A stretch of DNA of 63,950 nt, filler included, from Atractiella rhizophila (taxonomy: Eukaryota), in NCBI GenBank assembly GCA_021432655.1. It is 7 parts of 6 records of this genome, joined end to end, with 100 filler letters (N's around TTAATTAATTAA, not from the genome) between each part and the next. Parts side by side here need not be neighbours in the genome. Positions count along the whole stretch, not along the records: positions 16,970 to 33,762 come from MU271890.1; positions 33,863 to 50,627 come from MU271891.1; 5 more parts are not named here. One strand, given 5' to 3'. Within the stretch, counting starts at the first letter, position 1. Every line of letters starts with the position of its first letter. The translations under genes were made by a program, and so were the position numbers. Shown one piece after another: positions 25,734 to 38,718 of this stretch. The notes below the pieces were generated by a model that was given only the letters and a program-made list of their open reading frames with translations, was not told the origin of the DNA and did not search any database.

Positions 25734-26037
25734 ATTGGGACATTGCTGAGTTGTTAATTTAGTTGTAAAGTTGCCACGGTTGTTTCTCACAGATGATAGT
25801 GTGAACTTGACAGTTTTTGGTGGTGGCGAAAAAAACACAATCATCAACTATCACCATCCTTCGCGCTCCCAAAAAATAATCAAGACACGTCCTTGGAGAG
25901 TCGTTCAAGAAATGGGACAGTGGGTATCAGTACATGTTCAAGAAGCTAGTGGTTTGAAGTTGGCCTGCAAAAAGAGTGACAGGGAAGGCCATGGGATTAC
26001 CAGATGACTCAGATGAGAAGGAAGTATTTTCTCCTAA

Positions 26038-27290
26038 CAAGTGTGTCAGTGCCCTTGTCCCTCAGGCATCCCCCCGCCAGGGCTTTGCCCCTTGGACCCC
26101 AGCCTCTGGCGTCCACTGCGTGGAGCTCTTGCCTCTGGCAGCCACTGCATGGGGCCTTGCCTTCGGCGAGCACAGACTCACCATATATACCCTACCATCC
26201 TCAAAAAAACAATGAAAGCTGAGTGGTCTCCTCGTACCTCAGAGAACCACTTCAGCTTTTGACTATCCTGTTAGGAACACACTGAGAGATGATCAGTGAT
26301 TGAGTACTCGTGACACATCCTTGTAAACTACATTATCTGTTTGCTTGTTTTCTTCTCCTTGCTTTGTTTTGACCAATACTCATAAATTGTTCGCATTTGA
26401 AACCCGTGAAAGACCAACATAAAGCTGCCTATGAGAGAAAGGAGAAGACTCTAAGTACAAACCCACATGTCCAACAGATTGTCCTTGCGCTTTATTCTTA
26501 GTTAAGGCAAACGCTAAGCGCACAGGGAATTGAAAGCACTGGAATTGAAAAGGAAGCCGGTTTGATACTACACTGTCAATGCCGATTCGAGGAATGAGAA
26601 CTGATTCGCCACTGTGTGCACCTGTAATGATGGTTGCTTTGATGACTCGCCGGAGAAGCTGAGTGACTATGACGCGTGTGCCATTGCACAGGCCAGCAGA
26701 TGGATTGAGATTTCACAGAAGAATGATGGGTGCCCCGGTCTTCAGGTGTAAACAATGTGAAGGGAATCCAGAGATCTCCAGGGTATTCAGGTACTCGTCA
26801 GAGAAGCGATTTCTGAGATATCCCTCGTCATCTATAATTTGATCTGCACTGTAATATACCCGATCTCCTGTGGATTCGAGCCACTGAATCAAGCGATCAT
26901 TGCTGCCATCCACATCCACATTCTTTGCTGCTAGAATCATGCGAACCCGGAAGTACTCTTGAAGGAAGCTCAGAGCAGGGATATTTTGCAGAGAATCTAG
27001 TTGTCTGTAAATTGAGCACAACAGACCATCTAGTCCTTCATGGGATGGAATAATAGATCTATCTGGTATCGTTAAGGCTCCATATCCATTGTCTGATGGA
27101 TTATCAGTGAGACCATTTCCAACATCAAGGAGCCACTGGGCACATCTGGTCACATGCTGAAATTCGGCTGGAGTCATTTCCTGTTGGCCTCGAAGAAGGC
27201 GCATATTGGTTTTCAAAGGCAGGACTGCTCAATGCTCCGACACCTCCAAGTCCAGCCAAACCTACCTCAATGGAAGGAGACTCTCATTGT
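26038..27290 (-). mobile_element. Helitron remnant: decayed Pif1-family helicase C-terminus plus candidate 3' terminus
   Basis: Motifs LKTNMRL, WLLDVGNG, ILAAKNVDV, YYSAD, EYLNTL, LHLKTGAPIILL*NLNPSAGLCNGTR, QFPVRLAFALTKNKAQGQS and FSHRQLYVGLSR. GC-rich hairpins follow, then CTTG/T at 26041-26037. Confidence 0.82.
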
Positions 27291-29948
27291 AAATTGCAAG
27301 AGCTTCCTCTTCGCAGGACGATCACGCTCTGTATGGTCGTCGTGTGTGCCTTGCTTCTTGCCTGTAGCAAGCATATTTTGCGGAGCATGACCTATTTCAA
27401 GGAATTGCTTTTGATATTCGTTTCAATGAATGACACTGTGCTGATTACAGGCTTAGGCCCGGTCTTGACATTATTGAACTTGATTGCGCACCATCTTCAT
27501 GTAGATGCCAGTGTCTTTTCTCTTCATGAGTATGTACTCCTTTATCCTCTCAGGCCCCTATTCAAATCTGGAGTTGAGTTCCTTTAAGGACCGAAAGGTT
27601 GATAAAACTCAAAGGAACAGAGATAACAGGCACGTTTCATCCTCAGCCAACTTGATCCTCCTCCCCCTTCCTCCTCCCCATTCTCAACGACAGCTACTGT
27701 CGTCGAAGAGTGCGGAGGAAGCGAAGGAGACGAACAGAGAGACAGGGACGGGAGTTGCAGTCAAACTTGCTGATAGTGGTCCTGCTGCAACTGGAGAACC
27801 TTCTCTTCCTGCCACTGCCCAGACGAAAGAGGCATCAATGCCGCTAGCGTCATCTTGGTGGAGGTGGGGCGTTTCCGATCCTCAGCCGCAACCTCCTCCA
27901 TCTAACACTCCCGCTCTAACACTCCCACCCCTCCGCCTCCACCATCACCTGTCCCAGCGGCAATACCGACGCCAGAACCTCCCAAGAAGGCAGAACCGCC
28001 GCCAGAGCCGATCGCCATGCCTTCTGCTCCTTCAACTGTCAGAGTAGCAGGAGACAAGGACGTGCCACGCACCGGAACTTGGCTTTTCTTGTGGTACGGC
28101 TCCACTGGTCCTGCAGCGAAAACCACATCATCTGCGCCACCTTCCATGTCCTCCTCCCTTGCTCCGATCATCGCTCCTTCGATGGAATCCACCTCCTCCA
28201 CATCCACGACAACGACGACCAGCACGACGGATACCCGCCGCGAGCGTCCTCACCTCTGTAATCCCCAAATCGTCCTGGACCTCCTTTTTCTCTTCTTCGA
28301 AGCAGTGCTGCCAATTCTCTCGATGCTTTCAACACCACTCAACACCTGGAACACCATCACTCCATCCTCTGCCTTCTTCTGCTCCTCAAATCCTCATCAA
28401 ACACCTACTTCCCATTCATGTCATCCGCCACCACTACTTCACCCCAAACTCGAATCTCAGCCTCGGCATCAATCTCAGCTTTAACCGCATGTGAAACCGC
28501 AGGTCCAACGGAGGCTTGAGAAACAGCAATGTCAGTGCAACCGACGGAGAAGAAGAGTTGTGGATCAGACAATCTGTAGGAGGAGGAGACTTAAGAGGTT
28601 TCCTGCAACAGAGGATCGGGATCTGAATGTGGAAGCATACCGGTGAGAGGGAGACTAGACTCCCTACAGCCAATGAGCAACAGAGGATCCATGAAGCAGT
28701 TGGTTGTGAAAGGACTCGTCTGGTGCGTTGTCTCCTCCTTCTGCACAGGAATGTGGTTTCCCATTTTCGTTTGTTTAGCTCTTTTACTAGGTGTGATTAG
28801 CCACGGCCAGTGAATTCGTTTGAAAATGGGAACGGTTCATGAAAGAAGTCGCTTCAGATCATCCACCTCAGCACTCCGGACCGCTCTCTACTACTTGCAG
28901 TGATCAGGGAACGGCTTGATCATGTAGATATGGTGTGAAAACGAAGTAGAGCCCACCTTGCGGTAGCTATAAAAATGACAATGGAAGAGTCCCGTCGTCC
29001 TTGTTGTCAAAGGAGAATTAAAATAATTGACCGCTCTCGGGCGCGATCCCATTTTCTGCGAAAGACGCATCCTCTTCACCTTACAATTCTTACATCGTCA
29101 CCATTCTTCCACACCTCCCCCTCGAAATGATCCCTGCAGCTCCTCCTTACATCTCTCTGATTCCTAGGATCGTTTCCATCCCTTAAAGTCTAATGCAAAC
29201 TCTCAGTGTCATGTACACCAGGAGCAGTGCAAGAGGCTATGGTCACTATTCCTGCCAACACCACTTTCAACACCAATGACCTCTATTGGAGCGCTAGTCG
29301 GTTTGTTGGAGAGGTTGGTTATTCAGCGTCCGAGGACGTGAATTGATTGAGCTTGGACTCAGATTCATCGTCCATGTGGAAATCCTCCGCACACCAACCC
29401 GGTGAATCTTAGAATCTTCGACCAACAGCACCGACTTCTTCCTTCGCCCTCAAACGAAAGAGGAAGAGAAAGAATAGGCGCCCACGGTGCAATACCTGAG
29501 CACTCCGTCTACATTTCCCACAGCCGAAAATTCCATCTCTAGTAACCCAGAGGATCTTTCGAGCCTTGAGAACAGAGACAGGATGGCTTGAAAGTCCCTG
29601 ACAGCGGAAGCGGAATTAAGCAGAGGATCGTGTGTTGTTTCTTACACTTTGCGGAACAATGTATTGACGTCTTATAGGTGATGGCCTCTGCAGGATGTAC
29701 AGTCCTCCAAGTTGTGCACCTCCTTCGCTTAGACGATTGCAAGCTGGCCAAGTAGGGTTCCTTTTTCCGTTCTGGGCTGATTGAGCCTTCAATGTCCATG
29801 TTTGGGCTCTTCGGTTACTGTATCATAAGATTTTAATAAAATAAAATATCATTCAATGAATCCACAGCATTATCGTTACTACGTCGAAAATGCGCACACA
29901 ACACACAACATTGTTTTCCACAGCTGTCAGGACAGATGGATATTCTCC

Positions 29949-32900
29949 TTAGTCTGAATTGGAGCCTTCACTTTCATCATCCATCTCTTCGTCAGTGTCA
30001 ACTTCATAATCAAAATCTATATCTTCCTCATCCTGTTCACATCTCAGTCCATTGACACCCCTGTGAAACCTGTTCATTCTGTCCTGCTCCTGTGCCCACT
30101 TGGCCATCGTCCGTCTTCTCCTGCGTCGAGGAGCTGGACGCAGATTTTCAACATTGTCGCCCTCATCATTACTTTCTTCTTCCTCAGCCAAATCAATCCA
30201 TTCTCCCCCCAGCGGGATGTTGTAAGCCGCATCAAGCTCCCCGCTTTTGTACTCCTGGATATAATTTGCAAGTTCTGCTTGCTGCTGCTCCGTGAAGAAG
30301 TCGGGATAGTGAAGGTTAAAGTCAGAGGTGAACTTGGCATTTAAGCGTGTGCGGGTGCTGGGAGGAAGACTATTGTAGACAGATGGAGAGAAAATGTACA
30401 CTGGGACTTTGTTGTTCATTTTGACCGCGTCCGTGGCGTTTTTTGGTAACAGAGGCAGAAGAGGAGGCAGGCAAGACTTTGACTTCTCTGCTTGACGATC
30501 TGTAGAAGTATCCGGAGTGTTGGCTTTCGGCGAGATCATTTTTCGTAGGACTGAGCTTCTGACCGTCTGTCGTCTAAGAAGCGAGGAACCAGATCCCAAA
30601 CGTCTGAGCGGAAAAATTTAGTTTTGATCTCATAACCTCCGTTATTAAGATCCTTATCATCTGAGGTCAAGTCGTAGTTGCCTACAAGTACGACAAACCA
30701 TTCAGGAAATTGATTAGCATCTGCAAACTCTTTGCGGACTTGGGCAAGCTGTCGATCTTGAAGTGAGTATTCTCCAGCTGAAATAACCAAGTAACATACT
30801 CGATTTCTTCTCTTCCGGATTGCCTCATTAGCAATATCCTCTGTAATGCTGCCTCCCTGATCTTTAATCTTCACGAACATGCGTTTAAACCGTTTATGGA
30901 CAATCGAGTCATACGCTGCCACTAAGAAACTGTCGTTTCTGAGCCTTTTAGGATCTGGCGCCAACTTGAATAAGGCATTGGCAGAGACCAAGGCTTTCAT
31001 GACGATGAGAAAGACAAAGCGATGTGCACAATTATGCACTGAAAATGCTTCTTCCGTCAGATTGGGATTAAATTTGGTGAGACCAAAGTCCGCCAAAATT
31101 GCTCTCACAAATCCAAAGGTGCTGTCTGGAATCTTGTTCAGGCCTGGCACCATTTTCTTGCCTCGAAAATACGGGTTTGCTGCCAGTTGGGTAGGTGTTT
31201 TGAAAGCAACTTCTTCTGGTGAAATGAGTGGAGTGCCTTGGCGCCGTGCAACATCAAAGATGTCATTGATGTCGGAAATTTTGTGGTTGAATGCTGTCCA
31301 TTCCTAAAATACAACCTCTTCAAAAGTCATGTCGCCAAACGGAAGTCCTCCAAGGACACACACCAAAAGATCTACTGCTTTCTATTCTAAGGTATGGTAA
31401 ATAAGTATTCTAGCATATATGAGAGATATATGAGACACATGCAATTGCAGAAGCTCCTCCTCGGCTGCCTAGGATATCCGGGTGAGCTGAGAGAGGATAT
31501 TTGGCAATTTGCATCTGCACCTGATGTGCTGCAAGTGTTTGTGAGTGCCTGTGTCTTCGAGCAGAGCTGGTATGAGCAGAGCTGGTACGAGCAGAGCGTG
31601 GAGATGAGTTTGGTGTAGGTAGTTGAGGCGTGTTATCTCGTCTGTAGGCCGATGCAGAGGGGGGAGGGAAACGAGTGCAGCGTGGAGGGGACATTGGTCC
31701 AAACGAAGCAGCAGAAGCCGGGGATGGTTGAGGAGAAGGCGCCCGAGGTGGGATAGACGACGTTCCTGATGTTGTTGCTGATGTTGTGCACTCTCGTACT
31801 TTTAAGCTAGATGATGCCGTTCCACTAGAACTGGACGCCTGTAACCAAAGCGCCTACGATCAAAACCACTTCAAAAGGAAAGAAAACAAATTAAGTACCT
31901 TCTTCAATTCCCTCCATAGACTCTCAACACCCTTCTACAATTTGGCCGAAGCTGTGAACCTGAACTTGGCACCGAAGAAGAATCTGTTGCATTCATTCGC
32001 TGGTCACTTGTCACGGGTTCGCATTATTCTCCTGGCGATGACGAAGTTGTTCCTGCTGTTGAAGAAGTAGGCCTCTAACTAAATTAGTGAGCTCTTCGAC
32101 CTGACGACTGAGACGTTGATTGTTGTTAAGAAGGCGATGGTTCTCTAACTCAGTAGGTTCAAGAGGGGAGGAGGCAAATGTTGAAACTATAATGCCGTGA
32201 GCTTGTACCGACTTGGAGGAATAAAGGCTACGAACTATCAGCGACCGGAGTGCGCTCTTCCAGAGGTTGAGGAAACATTGATACTGCCATATGATGTTAA
32301 GAAATTAGTATGTGTATGCTAAGACAAACCTGTGGATGCAACGCAATGCGCAGCCAACTCTTTTTCTTGTAGGTGAAATGGAAGTTCGGCTACTGGTGCT
32401 GAAGCAATCTGGTCTTCTTGTCGCTGTATCATTGGGTTGCTCTCATTCAAGGCTAAAGTTCTAATGTAAGCAAGAAGGATGATGTGCACCCACTCATGAT
32501 GACATCTTCAGTGCTCTGCTCAACAGAAATAGGGACGATAGAGTCATTGCTTAGGACTGCATCTGGAAGATATATGTGAGACTGAGTCTCAAAACTCACA
32601 GCTGGAAACCTTACCATGCAGGTTCTCTGCCCTCTTTCCCTTCCTGACTGACCGGCGCACAGAGCCTGCTCTGGAGGAGGAAACACTCATTACTGAAACT
32701 GCTGACGATTGAGCATCAACTGAAAGCTCCTGCAAGACGGAACAATGACGTTAGCGTAGTGGAAAAAAAATAAGAGTAAGCCTGCTCACCGCGAAGCACA
32801 GGAGCAGCAACATTAGATCTGAGCTCTTCATTGACACCCTGCCGAAAGTAAATTCTGCTCCTTCAAGAGCACGAATTGGCCGAGAAATGGTGATGGTCAA

Positions 32901-33360
32901 GTTACCGGTGCGTCGAGGAGGATGAGGAGGATCTGGAATCTGCTCAAGATCTTCTCCTTCAAGCACTTCCGTTTAACCCTCTTCGTAGAACGCCGATCTG
33001 GTCCCAGAGAGCTGGCCTGACTGACTCTGGAATCTCGTGATGCATCTGCATGCAAATGTTACTGCACGTAAATCATCCGACATAGGCACACACTACGAAG
33101 TGGGCTTTGAGCCTTCTGGATGGAATGATCGAGGTGGTTGTACTCTCGGCTGGTTGGCTTCTTCTCTCCTCTTCTTCGTCACTTTCAGAATGTTCAACTA
33201 ACGATGTTCACTTGCATTAGTGCTGTTCTGAAAGGCCAAATGACCATACCATTTGGAGTGGATGGCTCAGCCGTCCTCCAAGGTTGTCTTCTCGTGGAAA
33301 TTGTAATTCTACGTGCTTTCTGCGACATTGCTCTACCTTGCATCAGGGCAAGATGGAGAT
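29949..33360 (-). pseudogene. Large multi-exon uncharacterised gene, possibly transposon-borne, with a 1-nt frameshift near 30540; 5' boundary uncertain
   Basis: ORFs 30536-31153 and 29949-30599 join if one A is added at TACGAAAAATGATC. Intron at ~30751-30799. Acidic C-terminus. Low-complexity upstream exons with GT-AG boundaries extend to ~33360. Confidence 0.45.
31560..31597 (+). repeat. 15-bp tandem repeat, about 2.5 copies
   Basis: (A)GCAGAGCTGGTATGA GCAGAGCTGGTACGA GCAGAGC. Confidence 0.8.
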
Positions 33361-33862
33361 AGCACGTTCTTATACCTTCAGAATTTGCTGACAGGCTGAC
33401 AGGAAGGCAACAAAACATCTAGATTTAATATCTGCTTGTCTCCTTTCTCTTTCAAAAGCTTGATACAGCGGACACAACACAATCATTTTTACGACCGGGT
33501 TCTTGCTTTCACCGTATTTACAATGCGTCAATGGAACAAGTCAAGGCCGATTGAAGGGGGACACAATTCTCTACCCGTTGAAGTACAAGCCAGAGACAAG
33601 TGAAATTTACTAATACTCCCAAAATTTGCCGTGATATACCGTGCCAGATGGGGCAGCTCTTTTGCACGACAGATGTCTTGTAGCTAGTGGAGAAAAATCA
33701 ACATGTCAAGTCATAAAGCAGTGGTCTCTATCATTGGCAATTAGAACTCGTTCAGGTTGGAGNNNNNNNNNNNNNNNNNNNNNNNNNNNNNNNNNNNNNN
33801 NNNNNNTTAATTAATTAANNNNNNNNNNNNNNNNNNNNNNNNNNNNNNNNNNNNNNNNNNNN

Positions 33863-36617
33863 TCGGAGAGATCGGATGGATAAATCGACATGAGCGCGCT
33901 GGCGACACCGTGATGAAATGTGGGCCATTCTTTCTTCAAACTCGGGTCTTCGTACTTGGTCAAACTCTTCCCCGGTAACAACCTGGCAAAAAGACAGATA
34001 GGAGTCTTCAAGGCGAATTTATCCACCATCCCTTCCTCCGGAGCCATCCGCGACCGGAAAGTATACATGGCAAAACCCAGCTGGAGAGAGAGAGTCCTGA
34101 GCGCCAAATGTCCCATGTACGTGTTTGTTCGGCTAGGGATATTGTGATCTTGTTGTAAAGATGGAACAGAAAGAGTGACAGGCTCAATGTACTGCAAGAT
34201 CCTTGCGACATCTTCGAGTCGACGATCTTTCGAAAATCTGATGTTTTCGGTATGCACAGGTTGAGAAGGTGGAGAGGACGGCTTCTTCCAAAAGTGAGGG
34301 ACAGGATTTATTGTCGGGAACGTTATAGGTTTCTCTAGATTCCTCCAAGGACTCCACTTCTTCCACTCACACATGTCCTTATAATCCAACCTCTTATTCG
34401 TATCCGGAGCCATCATCCTCATATCCTCTCTGCCGATCAATTCAGAAAGAGACTTGTCCAAATTTGGCATTGGGAAACGTCTTATGACGGCGACGACTTC
34501 AGAAACCACAGCCCTGAAGCCTAAAGAGAGATCATCGACCATTTCTGCGGTCCAAAAATTGGCATCCAACAGTAGGGCTGAAATCCGTGCGTATTTGTCT
34601 GCGCCCTGCGATCCGTCTGGGGAAGCTAGAGCAACGCTCGCGATGTCGTATAATCGTGACGGGCGAGGAACCCATGAGAACAACTCTGGAGAGATATCTG
34701 ATGGATTGCGAAGACCAACGCGGAAGGAGTCGAGGAAGTCTGGCGGCGGTGGATGGGTGATAGACTCTATGCTCAAACACAGATGTTTCAACAAAGGAAG
34801 AGATGTAAAGATGAACAACACACCTCCCCAGGTACCCGTGTAGCTTTCCTTCCCACCGAACCGAATGTAATAATCCCACCAATCTACCCATCCTACCTTC
34901 CTACTTAAGTCCACCATCACATTGCCCAGCCTCCGGGCATCTGCGTGCTGACTCTCAAAGAGAAGGAACTCCTGAAACACCACATGAAGAGGCATCATCA
35001 GCGCTTCCAACCATTCTTTCTCTCCCTCTCTAGAGCGCATCATTTCCTCATCTTCCTCCTCCTCCAACAACTCTCCGCGTTCCATGGCCAAGAAGCGCTC
35101 CCACACCTCCGCAGCTCCTTTCTTCGAATTTCCTGGGCCAGACAGACCAATTAAGACATCGTGTAGTGCATCCCATCCTCCTTCCTCGACTCTACTCCAC
35201 CTCTCTACCCCAAATAAGTCCTTCACGCTCTCCAATACCCGTCTCAGACCCTTCCAGCCGTCGCGCGCCAGATTATCCACAAACCGTACCCCTTCTATCG
35301 AACCTCTGACCTCCACTCCTTGGTCCAGTACAGTCACCGTTCCCCTGTCTGGGTTGGATCGAAGAACGGATGCTCCGTACGGCGTTCGCACAGTTGCATG
35401 GACGGACGGTTCTCCAAAGGTTGTAGACTCAGTGATGGAGATTTCGTTTAACGAAGGAGAGGTGGAAGGAGCGAAAGTGAGTGAGTGTGTTGAGCGCGGG
35501 GTTGTGATGATGAGGACATCGTTGCCGCGAGTCACTTTTATTTCTTTTGCACTATGATGATCAGATTTAGTCAACTGTTACCTCTTAGTCATGAAAATAA
35601 TACGAACATATATGGTATATCTGTGGCGATGTTGAACATAGGACTGAGAAGGAATTGATACCTTCCATGCTGTCGACTCGAAAGGAAATGTTGCTCGATA
35701 TCTAGCATCTTGCTTTGGGGATTGTCCAACTCCTCGAGAATCATTTCATTCTCCTTCCCATCTCCCTCATCATCATCTTCCACCACCTCCGCCTCTCTCA
35801 CTTCCCAGATTGTAATCTTTCCCTCCCTCTCTTTCGTCGAAACCAACCAACCGTCTTCTGCCCAGACTAGCCGATCATCTACCTCAATACCTCCGACCGG
35901 CCGAAGTTCCTGTAAGGGAGTGGTGGTAGAGTATAAGCGTGGAACATCTCCCGCTTCCTCTTCATCCTGCTCAAATATCGAGGTGCTCCGCTTCGTCGTC
36001 GCGGCTTCAAGGAGAACCCCGACTCGCAGAGTCGCAACTGCTGCAACGGGGAATGGTACGCGGAGAAGGAAGTCTCGCCCATCGGGGAAGTAGACGAGCA
36101 TCAGCCGCTCCAAGATTATGAGAAGACCTCGTTGCGGTACAGGCTCGAAGGATGGTTTTGGTTCTGGAGGAGAAAGCCAGGGTCCGAAAATCGGGTTCTC
36201 CTCCTCCTCTTTCGAATGAGCATTCAAGGCGGTCTCGAGCGTGAACCTCGAACCGAGAAATGTCGTAGATGTCTCGTACAAGAAGGTTTTGCTTGATGAG
36301 ATTTCGAACATCCCGAAAGTAGCACTAGAGACCTTCTCCTTGTAACTCGCAAGATCATAGATCCTGTAAATGGTTGACTTTCTCGAATGCACAACCGTGG
36401 AACGATGCCATACAAGTTCCTCGTCACTCTCATGGTAATAAACTCGGGTTGGATGGGTCGAGGAGCTCGAAGTGCATGGGGTTGGCAGAAGTGCCTGTGT
36501 CGCTTTCGGGATGCGCAAGTTCGAGATTACGTGGGGAAGAACGGGTGGTGACGGGGGAGGCAGCGCGGAGAAGTAGGAAAGGCCAGGGGAAGGCGTAGGA
36601 TGGTATACGAAGGGCAT
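33863..36617 (-). CDS. APC1: Anaphase-promoting complex subunit 1, N-terminal half; 3' part lost at the contig break
   Basis: Motifs RFSKDRRLEDVARILQ, RTLSLQLGFAMYTF and WPTFHHGVASAL match conserved APC1 blocks. N-terminal DEELVWHRSTVVHS block. Two long exons split by an intron near 35575-35660. Confidence 0.85.
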
Positions 36618-37767
36618 GTTGAACCGATTCTGAACAATGAACGCGTCTTGAAAGTTGAGCTCATAAATGCCGACCCTCAAACTGCCCGAACCTTGGTCAT
36701 GCCTGTGTCATTCACTTTCTTCAAGTTATGATTCCCCCGCATTCTCTCGAATAATGATCAGCATGAAAGCTGCATTATTTCAAAACATATAAGATGAAGA
36801 AGCAGGCCGGAGTCGAATCGAAAACGGTAATTGACAGGTATTGTCATCCGCGCTGTCTGAACGCCTGATGCTTTCCTCGCTCTAACCTTAGGAAAGCCAA
36901 GTGTTACTGTCTCATAGTATGCAGATTTGTGCAAGTAGATTCCATGGAGGCAGGAACTACAAGTTGCCATGCACTCTAGGGTTTCCCATGCTAACTTCAT
37001 GCCGCCTCAAGCAGATATCTGTTTCTCTTCTTAAGACTGTAATTTTTCGCTGCGCCTTGTCGTTTTGGCTATTATTGTGCGAATAAAAGAGTAGGAGCCA
37101 GAATGAAGGCCATAACTTCAACGTAACACATCATCGTGTCCTCAAAGTGGCTGCTCCATTGCTCCAGCATTCCAGGGTCATAGAGAATGCGAATGCCCAG
37201 TCGCGCTGTTTCAAAGGAGTTACTCCATTATGAGCTGTGGTGTGTTCTTTTCATCGTGCCCGCTGGCTTACTTCACAGTACGTTGACGGGTCGGCTTCCG
37301 ATTCAGGTAGACCAGATAGGCACATCGTCCAATCCATCAGTCGTTCCTTTCAGAAACCAAAATCAATTAACGAGCGCATACCCGTCACCGAAACATATGT
37401 ACAGTGCTTTACTGTTTCCCAGGCTAACCGCTGCTTCATGTCGTTCAGCGTTTGAGATAAAACATTGCGCACAGTGTAAGATATGTACAGTACTTTTCTG
37501 TCTATTCCTGGATGAGAAGGAGGCCTTAACGCCGACACCGCGGTTATCAATGACTGCACACTCTTTGAGCCGTAGAGTCCTACAGGAGTGAAGAGAAAGT
37601 GCGATGAAATGAAAGAATCTTACTGGAACTCTTCGGAGTTGCATAATAATCAGCCTTCATCGTCGGGCTTTATAAATGCTTTAAAAGGGCTCCAGGACCA
37701 ACAGGGAATCCCACAGCTCCACAAAACCTCTTAATCTCCTTGATCATCACTGAAACCAACAACAAAT

Positions 37768-38718
37768 ATGGCTGGAAAGTCTTACGCTATTACCGGATCG
37801 TCTCGAGGATTGGGTACAGTGTTATTTTCATGCAAACCGAGCTCATTGAAGGTGTATAGGTCTCGAGTATGTTAGGCAACTGTCCTCAGATTCCAACAAC
37901 ACCGTCTTTGCGCTAGCTAGGGATCCTTCATCTGCATCAAATCTCGCAGCGCTAGCTAAGGAGCGCAAGAACATCTCTATTATCAAGGCTGATGTTTCCG
38001 ACCTGGATCAAATCGCTCAAGCGGCTAAAGAAGTAGAGGCTCAGTTGAACGGCAAAGGTCTCGATATTTTGGTGAACAAGTTCGTATTGCCCCTCTTAAA
38101 TAATAAACACTCAAGTTCTTTTTCAGCGCTGGCATAACTGGAACTCCTCAGGGTGCAGACGTAATGACGTTCCCCTTCACCTCCAACACAGCGGAAGCCT
38201 TCACCGAAGCGTTCAGAGTCAACGTGATTGGACCCATCGAGACTACAAAGGCCTTCCTACCGCTGCTTAGGAAGGGAGTAGACAAGAAAATTGTCTTCAT
38301 CTCCTCCAACCTCGGACTCCAGAATAAGGTTGGCACATCGCTCGATTTTGATGCGAACAAAGTTGGAATGTCTGGACCCTACTCTGTTTCGAAGACGGCG
38401 CTCAATATGGCAAGTCATAAGCTTGCAGTCGAGCTTGGAAAAGAAGGATTTATTGTCTTCCTCCTTCATCCTGGCTGGGTAAGCTTCTTTCTTCCCTCCA
38501 TTTCCACCTGACTCAAAGATCATTACAGGTTAAGACTGATATGGGTATCTCTTCTTTCATTTGAATTATTGGAGGTTCTAACTATGTCAACAGGAACGGA
38601 TTATGCCCCTATGACCCCAGAAGAGAGCATCAAGCTTCAGTTGGACAAGTTACACTCGTTGACAGAGAAAGAAAGTTCGGTCTTCTGGGCCGCTGATGGG
38701 CTCCCTGTTGGATTTTAA
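37768..38718 (+). CDS. Short-chain dehydrogenase/reductase (C-factor/sniffer-like), complete copy
   Basis: Spliced motifs ITGSSRGLG, LDILVNNAG, KIVFISS, catalytic YSVSK and LHPGWVKTDMG. TATAAA at ~37671. Confidence 0.9.

Noticed and set aside
27505..28494. Overlapping ORFs on both strands
   Set aside because: Low-complexity purine/pyrimidine-skewed sequence generates stop-free frames, and no family is recognisable.
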